From assembly GCA_963769025.1 (NCBI GenBank), contig CAVYKI010000013.1, forward strand, positions 1 to 37,596: DNA of 37,596 nt. The letters run 5' to 3'. Below the pieces are notes generated by a model. That model made no database searches and was not told where the DNA came from. It was given only the letters and a program-made list of their open reading frames with translations. Below are positions 1-9,673 of the stretch, piece by piece. The translations under genes and the position numbers were made by a program. The stretch is from an uncultured Verrucomicrobiae bacterium. GTDB lineage: Bacteria; Verrucomicrobiota; Verrucomicrobiia; Chthoniobacterales; Chthoniobacteraceae. The number at the start of each line of letters is the position of its first letter. The stretch's first letter is position 1.

Positions 1-712
1 CGATGAGGTGGACGTGATGGTCGCCGGGGGTGCCGAGGCACCGATCCTCGCGCCGCTTTGGGGGGCGTTTTGCCTCATGAAAGTGATGTCCACGAGCAAC
101 GACACGCCAGCCACCGCCATGCGGCCTTTCGATGTGGCGCGGAATGGCTTTGTGCTCGGCGAGGGCGCGGCATTTCTCGTGCTCGAGGAACTCTCGCACG
201 CGATGTCGCGCGGCGCGCGCATCTATGCGGAGGTGGGCGGGCATGGGCGTGCGTGTGAAGCGTACCACTCCGTCGCACCGCATCCGGAAGGCATCGGGAT
301 GCGCCGGGCGATCGAAAAATCGCTCAACGATGCCGGGATTCCGTCGTCGGAAGTGAATTACATCAATGCCCACGGCACCGCGACGGCTGCGAACGACACG
401 GTGGAACTCCTCGCGATCCGGACCCATTTCGCAGCCCACACGAAACGTCTCGCCGTCAGTTCCACCAAGGGCGTGACGGGGCATCTGCTCGCGGCGGCCG
501 GCGCGCTGGAGAGTGTCGTGACGGCGCTCGCGATTCATCATCAGATGATCCCGAAGACCACCAATCTGCTCGTGCCCGAGGCCGACTGCGGTCTGGATTT
601 GGTTATCGGCGAATCGCGACCTTATCCGATTCAGGCCGCGTTGAATTTGAGTTCCGGCTTTGGCGGAAAGAATTCCTGTCTGGTGATGAAACGCTATCTG
701 GGCGGCTCATGA
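1..712 (+). CDS. fabF: Beta-ketoacyl-ACP synthase II family protein (5' end lies outside the window)
   Basis: Motifs RPFD..RNGFVLGEGA, YINAHGTAT, SSTKGVTGHLLAAAG and NLSSGFGGKN are typical of the KAS II C-terminal half. The catalytic Cys lies upstream of the window. ATGA overlap with the next gene. Confidence 0.9.
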   Translation, partial: DEVDVMVAGGAEAPILAPLWGAFCLMKVMSTSNDTPATAMRPFDVARNGFVLGEGAAFLVLEELSHAMSRGARIYAEVGGHGRACEAYHSVAPHPEGIGMRRAIEKSLNDAGIPSSEVNYINAHGTATAANDTVELLAIRTHFAAHTKRLAVSSTKGVTGHLLAAAGALESVVTALAIHHQMIPKTTNLLVPEADCGLDLVIGESRPYPIQAALNLSSGFGGKNSCLVMKRYLGGS

Positions 713-2880
713 GTTTCGCAGCGTACGTGCCGCTCGCCGCAGCGCTGCTGAACGCGCTCCTCGCATTTTTTGTCCTGCGCGCGGGAGTCCAGGCTTCCAC
801 TCGGGTCGCCTACCTCGTCTGGGGACTCGCCATCGCGATCTGGAACTTTGGCACCTTCCAGATGTTCCGGACCCACACCCACGAAGACGCGCTCGGATGG
901 GCTCGGTTTCTCCAAATCGGCGTCATTTTCCTCCCGATCAGCCTGTTTCACCTCTGCCTTGAGATTTGCAACATCCAGCGCAAGCGGCTCGTGCTCCTGT
1001 CCTACGCCGCCGGCTTGCTGCTGACTGGCACGGTTTTCACGCGGTTCTTCGTCGCCGATGTCCGGGACGCCGGTTACGCGTGGTACAGCGTCGGAGGGGT
1101 CGCGTTCTGGATTTACGCGGCGATGTATCTGGTCCTCACCGTCTCGACCCTCATTTTCCTCTGGCGTGCGAAAGCGAAGGCCACGCGCTTTCGCCACGGG
1201 CAGATCCGCTCGCTGCTCTGGGCCACGGGTATCCTCATCGCCGGCGGCAACAACGACATCCTGCCGATTCTCGGCGTTTATTCATATCCCGTGGTGCACA
1301 TCCCGATTTTCCCCATCGGCAGCCTGTGCGCGATTTTCTACGGCATCCTCGTCGGCTACAGCGTGTTGCAGCACCAATTGCTGGACATCCACGTCGGTCT
1401 CACCCGGTTCGCAGCCCATGCGATGCGCATGGCGTTTCTCTTCCTGATTGGGTTTGTCTTCATGCTAGTCATTTCGCTCCTGGCACCGGCAAATGCGATC
1501 AGCCCCGCTGCTTTTTGGGCATCGCTCGCGATGTTGCTCGCGAGCGGATTCGTGGCGTCGCGCTACATGCCGAAACTGCTCGGAGCGGGATCGGAATCCC
1601 TCGAGCGCCGCCTCCTCGGCGACCACTTCGAGTATCAGGACAAGGTCCGCGCCTTTATCGAGCGCTGCAGGTGGCATACGGAACTCGATGCCCTGCTCGC
1701 GGACCTCCACACCGTTCTCCTGAACACGCTCAATGTTCGCGGCTATGCGGTTGTTCTCCGGGATGAGACGAACCGGGCCTTCGCAGTCGCCCGGGCGCAT
1801 CCGCCGGATATCCCGAGGCAGATCCCGGAATTAGGCAGCGACTCGGCGGTATTCCGCGCATTTTCGGCATCCGCAAGTGGCTACCTCGCGCTAGGGTCGG
1901 GCTACATCCAAAATAAAGACCCGCTCGAAATTGCCGCCCGGGCTGAACTCAAGGAGATCCCGGGCATCCTTGCCTTCCCATTTTTCGTGGATCAGCAGCC
2001 GTTGGGATTTCTCGTCATCGAAGACAAAGCCGGCGGTCGGTCGTTCACTCAAACCGATATCCAGCTTCTTTGTGAGCTTACGACAAATATAGCTCTTGTA
2101 ATCAATCAGATTTCTCTTAAAAACCAGCTCCTTCAATCCAAAGAACTCGACCTACTCGGACGCATGTCGCAGGGGATGGCACACGACCTCAACAACCTCA
2201 CCACACCCGTGTGGACTTTGCTCCAGCTCCTCAGCGAAGGAGTCCCGGCCGACACCCTGCGTTCCGACCTCGCCCCGGTGGCCATGCGCAACATCCAGAC
2301 GATGCGCGAATACATCCGCGAGGCGCTTTTCTTTTCGGAAAATCTCCGACCCGATTTCCAGACCGGCCGCCTCGATGTGCTCGTGCAGGAAGTCGTCCAG
2401 ATCGCCCGGCAAAACAAACGCAAGGGCAAGGACATCGAATACTCGGTCCGCCTGTCCGGCGATATCGTGCTCGAGATGGATCGCGTCCTCATCGGGCGGC
2501 TGCTCAGCAATGTCATCTCCAACGCCGTGGATGCATCCGAATCGCCCGGGCGGATCGAGATCGACGTCATCCGCCTGTTGAAAACCGACGCCGAGCGCGA
2601 CTGGTTTCGCGTCCGCGTGACCGACCACGGCTCCGGCATCGCCCCGGAAAATTTGCAGCGCGTTTTCCAGCCCTACTTCACGACCAAGAAAACCGGCGAC
2701 GACAACCGCGGTTTCGGCCTTGGCCTCGCGATCTGCAGGAAGATCGCGTCCCTCCACGGCGGCAGCCTCGTCGTTTCCAGCGAGGTCGGAAAGGGAACCA
2801 TCGTGAACCTCGACCTCCCGAATTTCCAGTCGACGCCCAAGCTCCCGCAGGCTGCGGGCGTCGAAACGGTCCACGTCTGA
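709..2880 (+). CDS. Membrane sensor histidine kinase (multi-TM N-terminus resembling HisKA_7TM, GAF-like domain, HisKA, HATPase_c)
   Basis: About 290 hydrophobic N-terminal residues. H-box MAHDLNN, N-box NVISNAVDA, G1 DHGSGI, F-box FQPYFTTK, G2 GFGLGL. Confidence 0.9.
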   Translation: MSFAAYVPLAAALLNALLAFFVLRAGVQASTRVAYLVWGLAIAIWNFGTFQMFRTHTHEDALGWARFLQIGVIFLPISLFHLCLEICNIQRKRLVLLSYAAGLLLTGTVFTRFFVADVRDAGYAWYSVGGVAFWIYAAMYLVLTVSTLIFLWRAKAKATRFRHGQIRSLLWATGILIAGGNNDILPILGVYSYPVVHIPIFPIGSLCAIFYGILVGYSVLQHQLLDIHVGLTRFAAHAMRMAFLFLIGFVFMLVISLLAPANAISPAAFWASLAMLLASGFVASRYMPKLLGAGSESLERRLLGDHFEYQDKVRAFIERCRWHTELDALLADLHTVLLNTLNVRGYAVVLRDETNRAFAVARAHPPDIPRQIPELGSDSAVFRAFSASASGYLALGSGYIQNKDPLEIAARAELKEIPGILAFPFFVDQQPLGFLVIEDKAGGRSFTQTDIQLLCELTTNIALVINQISLKNQLLQSKELDLLGRMSQGMAHDLNNLTTPVWTLLQLLSEGVPADTLRSDLAPVAMRNIQTMREYIREALFFSENLRPDFQTGRLDVLVQEVVQIARQNKRKGKDIEYSVRLSGDIVLEMDRVLIGRLLSNVISNAVDASESPGRIEIDVIRLLKTDAERDWFRVRVTDHGSGIAPENLQRVFQPYFTTKKTGDDNRGFGLGLAICRKIASLHGGSLVVSSEVGKGTIVNLDLPNFQSTPKLPQAAGVETVHV

Positions 2881-2881
2881 A

Positions 2882-4896
2882 ATGCACACCCTTCTCGTCA
2901 TCACCCGCCAGGCGCCCTTCGCCGCAGTCATCGAGGCCTCGCTCGATCCCGGGGTTTACCGCGTCATCGCAAAGGAAGACCCGGCCAGCGCGGCCTCGCT
3001 CCTCGGACGCGGCGCGGTGGACGCCATCATCCTCGATCTCGAGCACCCGGATGGCGTCGCCACCCGTGCGATCGTGGAAGTCCGCGCATTCGACCCGGAC
3101 TGCCCGCTCATCGTTTTCGCCGGGCACGGCCCCCGGGGATGGGAGGAGGAGGCCTACCTCCTCGGCACGGCGCATGTGCTCGAGAAGCCCGTGCGCGCCC
3201 GACTGCTCGTCTATCTCCTCGGGAAGGCGCTCGACGGGACGCCGCCATCCGGCGAAGCCGCGCCCGCCGCATCCGAGCGCGCTGCCGGTGATGCCGGCCC
3301 CGGTTTACGCGCCGCGCCGCGGGCTCGATGAACTGCGCCGTTTCTCGTCCCTCCTCGTCCACAGCCTCGATGTCCGCGAACTCCTTTCCGACGCCGTCCA
3401 GCAGCTTCGCGAAGCGCTCTGCGTGAACCGCGTCGTCATTTTCCTGCGCAAGCCCAGCGCGCTGCCGACGGACGGCGCGCCCTCCTCCGATGACCACTGG
3501 CTGCGCCCCGCGCACATGACCGGCCACGACCCTGCCCTCGTCGAACATTTCCCACTGAGCCTCTCGACCGGAATGGGCCGGCATCTCGCGCAGCACGGCC
3601 GCATCCTCCGCGCCGACAGCGCCGAGGTCCGGGCAAATCGCGAGATCAGCCGCGAATTCCAGACGCTCAGCAGCGCCGTGGCGCTCCCCATCAATGACCG
3701 CGAAGGCCTCGTCGGCGTGCTGCTGCTCGACGAGCGCATCACCGGCGGCGTCTTCTCCGACGAGGAACTCGCCCAGCTTTTCCACTGGCTCGAGGAACTC
3801 GGCGTCGCCATCCGCAACTGCCGTCGCCACGAACAGCTCGCCGCCACCCACGGCCTCGTCGACGACATCCTCGCGGGCCTCGGCAATGGCTGCATCGTCG
3901 TGGGCGCGAACTGCGGGGTGCTCCATGCCAACCCCGTCGCGCTCCGCCTCCTCATCCCCGAGCGCGCCACCGCGCGGCAGATCGATTTCGCGGAGATCCC
4001 GCAGCAGATCGGCAGCCTCATTTTCCAGGTCATCCAGAACGGCAGGGCCGCGCCGCCTTTCAAATGGGTCCCGCCCTCGCGCAGTGACTTGGCGTGCCGC
4101 GTCACCATCCTCCCGTTCACCGTCGGCAACAGCCAGCGTCCCGAACGCCGCGCTCCTCGTCCTCGACGACATCACCGAGCACGAGCGCGCCGTCCTTCTG
4201 GAAATCGAGGCCGGCAAGCTGCGCCTCGTCCGGCAGATGGCGTGGCACCTCGCGCACGAAATCGGCAACGCCGTCACGCCCGTCTCCACGATGCAGCAGC
4301 TGCTCGAGATCGAGGGCGACGATGCCGAGGTCCGCAAGGAACTCAGCGGCGTGCTCGCCAGCAGCGTCCGCCGCATCACCCGCCTCACCCAGCAGATGAC
4401 CTTCCTCAGCCGCGAGTGGGACGGAAAGCCCGGCGACGCGGTGAAACTCACCGACCTCATCGAGGGCGCCTACCAGGACGCCAGCAGCTACCAGCCTTCG
4501 AAGCAGAAAAGCGCGCTGAACATGAGCAAGGCCGCGTGGAAAATTTCCGGCGACACCAAGGCCCTCCGTCACGCGTTTTCCGAACTGCTTCTCAACGCCC
4601 TCCAGGCCAACCCGGAGAATCCGCTCATCACCATCCGCTTCGCGGAGGCCCCGAGCTCCGGCAGGCCCGGGATTGCCGTTGAGTTTCAGGACACCGGCCC
4701 GGGTTTCCCGCACGAAGTGGCCGACAGGATCGGCGAACCTTTCCACAGCACGCGCAGCGTCGGCCTCGGTCTCGGCCTCACGGTCTCCCGCAAAATCATC
4801 GAGAGCCACCGCGGCGTGATCGAGATCCCCCATCCCGACAAAGGCCCCGGCGTCGTCCGCGTCATCCTCCCGCTCCCCGAGGCTTCCGGCAACTGA
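2882..4896 (+). CDS. Cytoplasmic hybrid histidine kinase, REC-GAF-PAS-HisKA-HATPase (two apparent frameshifts near 3270 and 4140)
   Basis: Stitched from three frames. REC (DAIILD...VLEKP) is in ORF 2882..3331, GAF/PAS in the frame of ORF 2211..4682, and H-box LAHEIGN, ELLLNALQA, DTGPGF, GLGLGL in ORF 3694..4896. Confidence 0.8.
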
Positions 4897-4983
4897 GCGC
4901 GTCGCGTGAAAGTGCGGCGATTTGCAGCGCTCAGGAATTCACCCCCTTGTAATGGGCCTGCAGGCGGGTTTTCCTCCCTGCCG

Positions 4984-7427
4984 ATGTCGCCCCGCACCCT
5001 CCTCCTCGCCGCCGTCCTTTGTCCCGTGCTCGCGTCTGCCGATGACGTGCCTGTGCTCCCCGGCGGCACGCCCGTGGCCGGGCATTCCACGCATGGCGAT
5101 GCATTTGACGAAGGCCCGAGGCAGGCCGCCGTACTGCTGGGCGGGATGGGCGCGATCCGCTTTCCGATCACGACGCAGAGCGGCGACGCGCAGAAATTTT
5201 TCGACCAGGGCGTCGCGCAGCTCCACGGGTTTTGGTACTACGAGGCGGAGCGCTCGTTCCGGCAGGCGGCGAAACTCGATGACACCGCGCCGATGCCCTA
5301 CTGGGGCATGGCGATGGCCAACGTCAACAACGCGAAGCGCGCGGCGGAGTTCATCAGGCAGGCCGTCACGCGCCGTGAAAAGGGAAGCCCGCGCGAACGC
5401 CTCTACATCGACGCCTACAGCGCGTGGCACACCGCGGCGAAAAAGGATGAGCCCGCGAAGAAGCCGGAGCCTGCCGGGAAAGATGCCGCCGCGAAGCAGC
5501 CTGAACCGGCGAAGCAGGCCGAACCCGCGAAGAAGGACGACCCCGCAAACAAGGCGCGTCGCACCGCGCTGGTGAAGGCGCTGGAGAAGATCGTCTTCGA
5601 GTTTCCCGACGACATCGAGGCGAAGGCGTTCCTCATCTTTCACGTGTGGGACAACAGCCAGAAGGGAATCCCGATCGCCAGCCACGCGGCTCTCGCCGCG
5701 CTCGCCGGCGAGGTGCTCGCGAAGAACCCGATGCACCCCGGCGCGCACCACTACCTCATCCACCTCTGGAATTACGAGGACGACCGGCGCGCGCTGAAGA
5801 GCGCCGCGCTCGACGGGCAGTCCGCGCCCGGCATCGCACACCTCTGGCACATGCCGGGGCACACCTTCACGAAGCTGCGCCGGTACGCCGACGCCGCATG
5901 GCAGCAGGAAGCCGCCGCGCGCACCGACCACGCGCACATGATCTCCACGAGGCTCATGCCCGAGCAGATCCACAACTACGCGCACAACAACGACTGGCTC
6001 GTGGAAAACCTCGGCTTCATCGGCCGCGTGCATGATGCGGTCGATCTCGCGAAGAACATGATCGAGCTGCCGCGCCTCGCGACGGGGCACAAGCTCGTCG
6101 GCAAGCCCGGCTACGTGGCGGAACGCGGCGGATTCGTGATGGGCCGCCGGCGCCTCCTCGATGCGCTGCTCGCATGGGAGCGGTGGGACGATCTGCTCGC
6201 ACTCGACGGTGGCGCGTACCTTCCCGTGAATGAGGACGCCACGGAGGAGACGAAGCGTCTCGTCGCAATGGGCATCGCCGCGTTTCAAAAGGACGACAAG
6301 GCGCGCGGCATGGCGAAGGTCGGGGCGATCCGCGGATTGCTCGCGAAGATCCGGCAGGAGCGCACCGCCAAGGGCGCGGAGGCCGAGGCTGCTGCGACGA
6401 AGGCGAAAAAGCCGGTTGCCGAAATCGCAAAGGCGATCGCCGACGCGCAGGCGTCCTTCGTGCCCAAGATGGCGCCCATGGAGAAGGCCATCGCCGAACT
6501 CGAACTTTACCGTGCGCTCGCCGAAGGCCGCACCGAAGACGCGCGCAAGCAGATCGCCGGCGTCACCATTCCGCAGAAGGTCCGTCTTTCGCGCCTGAAC
6601 GAACTGGCCGGTGACAGTGCCAAGGCCCTGCAGCTCGCGCGCGACGCCGCGAAGGACGGCGAGGGCCAGGTGCTCCCGCTCGCGAATCTGCCGACATCCT
6701 GTGGCGTGCGGGCAGCAAGAAGGAGGCGATCGACACGTTCAACAAGCTCCGCCCGCTCTGCGCGCAGGCCGATCTCGATCAGGCGGCCTTCACGCGCCTG
6801 CGTCCCGTCGCGGATGAGCTCAAGCTCGCCGCCGACTGGCGGCCGAAGCTCGATTTTCCCGCGGACAGCGGGAAGCGCCCGGACCTCGCGAGCCTCGGGC
6901 CGTTCCGCTGGCATCCGTACCCCGCGCCGGACTGGAGCCTTCCCGATCATACCGGCGAGACGCGGCTCTTCAGCGAGTTCAAGGGCAGGCCGGTCGTCGT
7001 GCTCTTTTACCTCGGCAGCGGCTGCTCGCACTGCATCGAGCAGCTGAACACCTTCGGCCCGGTCGCGAAGGAATTCGCCGACGCGGGCATCGACCTCATC
7101 GCCATCGGCACCGAGCGGTCCGAGGAGCTGCACAAGACGTACGCGCTCGCGAAGGAGGACGCGGGGTTCCCATTCCCGATCCTCGCGGACGAATCGCTCG
7201 CGACCTTCAAGGCTTTCCGCGCCTTCGACGACTTCGAGGCGATGCCGCTCCACGGCACGTTCCTCATCGATGCGAACGGCCTCGTCCGCTGGCAGGACAT
7301 TTCCTTCCAGCCGTTCACGCAGGCGAAGTGGCTGCTCACCGAATCCAAGCGCCTGCTCGCGCTGCCGCCCGACGCCACCGCAAAGGCCCTCTCCTCCACC
7401 CCCCCGAAACAAACCGCCCAACCATGA
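4984..7427 (+). CDS. Exported TPR-like helical protein with a C-terminal AhpC/TSA (redoxin) domain; frameshift near 6690
   Basis: Signal peptide MSPRTLLLAAVLCPVLASA. TPR-like segments AQKFFDQGVAQLHGFWYYEAERSF and HPGAHHYLIH. C-terminal frame has VVVLFYLGSGCSHCIEQL and HGTFLIDANGLVRW. Confidence 0.75.
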
Positions 7428-8314
7428 ACCGCCGCACGTTCCTCGCCACCACCACCGCATTCGCAGCCAGCGCCGTCTTTTCCCGCGCGCAGGAAGCGAA
7501 GAAACGCCCGCATCTGAAGAAGGCCGTGAACCTCGGCATGGCCGGCGGCGTGAAGGGCAGCATTAATGACAAGTTCAAGGCGATCCGCGATGCGGGCTTC
7601 GACGGCATCGAGCTGAACCTCCCGGGCGAACTCACGACCGATCAGATCATCGAGGCCAAAGCCGCGAGCGGACTCGCAGTCGCGGGCATCATCTGCACGC
7701 CGCACTGGAGCAATCCGCTCAGTTCACCCGATCCGGCGAAGCGCGAGCGCACCGTGAACGGGCTCAACTTCGCGCTCAAGCAGGGCGGCGAAATCGGCTG
7801 CGACCGCGTGCTGCTCGTCCCCGGCACCGTCGAGAAGGACGTGACCTACGAGCAGTGCTGGGCGCGCTCCATCGAGGGCATCAGGCGCTGCATCGAGACC
7901 GCGGAGAAAAGCAAATGCGCCATCGCGGTGGAGAATGTGTGGAACCGTTTCATCAACGAGCCCGTCGCCGCAAAGCGCTTCCTCGAGGAGATCAACAGCC
8001 CGTGGGTCGGCTGGCATTTCGATGTCGGCAACTGCGTCACCTTCGGCTGGCCCGAGCACTGGGTCCGCACGCTTGGGAAAAAGCACGTCATCAATCTTCA
8101 TATCAAGGAATACAGCCGGAAGCTGCGCGACGAAAAGGGCCCGGGCGCGGGCTTCGGCGTCGAGCTCATGGAAGGCGACAACGACTGGCCCGCCGTGATG
8201 AAGGCGCTCGACGAGATCGCCTACGAAGGCTGGGGCATCCTCGAAGTCCGCGGCGGCGACGCCGAGCGCCTGAAATTCCTCGCCGAACGCACGGACAAGA
8301 TTTTCGCGAGCTGA
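7424..8314 (+). CDS. Tat-exported sugar phosphate isomerase/epimerase (xylose-isomerase-like TIM barrel)
   Basis: Twin-arginine signal MNRRTFL. Motifs AGFDGIEL, IAVENVWN, WHFDVGN, LHIKEY, GDNDWPAV. ATGA overlap with the upstream gene. Confidence 0.88.
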   Translation: MNRRTFLATTTAFAASAVFSRAQEAKKRPHLKKAVNLGMAGGVKGSINDKFKAIRDAGFDGIELNLPGELTTDQIIEAKAASGLAVAGIICTPHWSNPLSSPDPAKRERTVNGLNFALKQGGEIGCDRVLLVPGTVEKDVTYEQCWARSIEGIRRCIETAEKSKCAIAVENVWNRFINEPVAAKRFLEEINSPWVGWHFDVGNCVTFGWPEHWVRTLGKKHVINLHIKEYSRKLRDEKGPGAGFGVELMEGDNDWPAVMKALDEIAYEGWGILEVRGGDAERLKFLAERTDKIFAS

Positions 8315-8354
8315 GCGGCGCGGGTGAAGGCGGCCGGCCGTCACCGCCCGCACT

Positions 8355-8439
8355 GTAGCCGCCGACGGCAGGAGGCGGGCACTTTGAAGATGCCTGCTCC
8401 AGAGGGAAAGCGTGCCCGCCTCGTTCCCTCGGCGGCTAC
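8355..8439. repeat. GTAG-type REP doublet (inverted pair), a different family from the GGAC repeats
   Basis: GTAGCCGCCGAC..GAGGCGGGCAC, a spacer, then GTGCCCGCCTC..TCGGCGGCTAC. Each arm is GTAG plus a CCGCC/GGCGG hairpin. Lies between convergent ORFs. Confidence 0.75.
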
Positions 8440-8457
8440 GAAATGAAGTGAACCGCT

Positions 8458-8553
8458 CTAGAGGAAGAGTTTCCTGAACAGCCACGGCAGGATGATCATC
8501 GCAAGGACGAGCAGAATGATGCCGTTAACTGCCACGGGTTGGGATTCGGCCAT
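8458..8553 (-). CDS. Putative 31-aa single-pass membrane protein (MAESQPVAVNGIILLVLAMIILPWLFRKLFL)
   Basis: Hand-translated ATG to TAG ORF, below the ORF-track size cutoff. One clean hydrophobic helix followed by RK. Co-oriented with the upstream minus-strand genes. Confidence 0.5.
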   Translation of the reverse strand: MAESQPVAVNGIILLVLAMIILPWLFRKLFL

Positions 8554-8632
8554 TGCGTGAGCTAAACCACGCCCGCTCGCGGCGTCAAAACCGGACTCCC
8601 TGGTCCTCGGGATCGTTTCGTGCGCGGACGAC

Positions 8633-9604
8633 TCAGCGCCCGCCTTGCGCTTCCGCGCGGAAGATGCGGATCCATTTTTCCACGTCGGATATCATCATGC
8701 GCGAGCCGATCTTGCGCTTGATGCCCATGCCACCCTCGAGGCCGGTGGCGCTCACGAGGCTGCCCTGCCACACGAGCGTCTGGGCCTTTCCGTCGATGGT
8801 GACGGGGAGCATCTCATAGAGCGTGACGGCGACGAGGTAGCCGTACGAGGAATAGTAGGTGACGTCGAGGACCTGGCGGCGCTCCGGCGTCTCCGCGACG
8901 TACACGGCACCGAGCTGCACGGCGGCCTTTTTGTCCACGGTCGAGAGATCCCAGTACACATATTTCGGCGATCCCGGCGCGGCCTTGGCGGTGATCGGCG
9001 CGAGCAGTGCACCGAAATGTCTTGTCACCTTGCCCTCCTCGCCCAGCAGCGTCCGCATTTCGCTGCCGGCGTCGTAGGTCCCGATGCTGCCGAAGTCGCC
9101 GGCCTTGGAAAATCGCGTCCATCGCGCGCGGAGCACGCCGGCGAGAAACTGCTGCGCCGCCTCGGCTGTGCGCTGCCTGGGCATCAGCGCCACTTCACCT
9201 TTCGCGAGCTGGAGGGCGCTGGCGTCGCCCATGGCGCGGATGGTCGCGGCGGCGGCGGACACCTTGGGATTCAGCTGGAGCTTGTCGAAGCCGGAATCGC
9301 CCTCGCCGTGGAAGACGTGGTGTTGGGAAACATCGAGCTCCGGGTGCCGCGACGCGTTGAATTTCAGCAGCGCCTGGCAGGTGTTTTCCATCGGCGCATT
9401 CACGAGGAACACGGCCTGGGTGGACATGCCCCGGGCGAGGTTCATCGAGGCGTTGGTGTGGGTCGCGATTTTTCCCTTCGCGAGATCGTGGAGGCTTGGG
9501 ATGTCCACGGAAGTCCACGAGCGGAATGAGTCGATTGCATCCGCCGCCACTGCTGCGGCGGAGAGGGCCACGAAAGCGGCCGCCGTCTTGAGAAACCGTT
9601 TCAT
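8633..9604 (-). CDS. Exported hypothetical protein
   Basis: Signal peptide MKRFLKTAAAFVALSAAAVAA. Natural-looking globular sequence. No family recognised. Confidence 0.7.
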   Translation of the reverse strand: MKRFLKTAAAFVALSAAAVAADAIDSFRSWTSVDIPSLHDLAKGKIATHTNASMNLARGMSTQAVFLVNAPMENTCQALLKFNASRHPELDVSQHHVFHGEGDSGFDKLQLNPKVSAAAATIRAMGDASALQLAKGEVALMPRQRTAEAAQQFLAGVLRARWTRFSKAGDFGSIGTYDAGSEMRTLLGEEGKVTRHFGALLAPITAKAAPGSPKYVYWDLSTVDKKAAVQLGAVYVAETPERRQVLDVTYYSSYGYLVAVTLYEMLPVTIDGKAQTLVWQGSLVSATGLEGGMGIKRKIGSRMMISDVEKWIRIFRAEAQGGR

Positions 9605-9673
9605 GCCAATGCCGGTAACCCCGCGCGGCGCGGATGGCAAAGCGGAATTGCGGCCGGAAAACTCCGATGCCTG

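Noticed and set aside
2882..7427. Programmed ribosomal frameshifting in the kinase and TPR-redoxin genes
   Set aside because: No slippery heptamer noticed at the shift points, and similar indels are scattered through many unrelated genes, so sequencing error is the simpler explanation.
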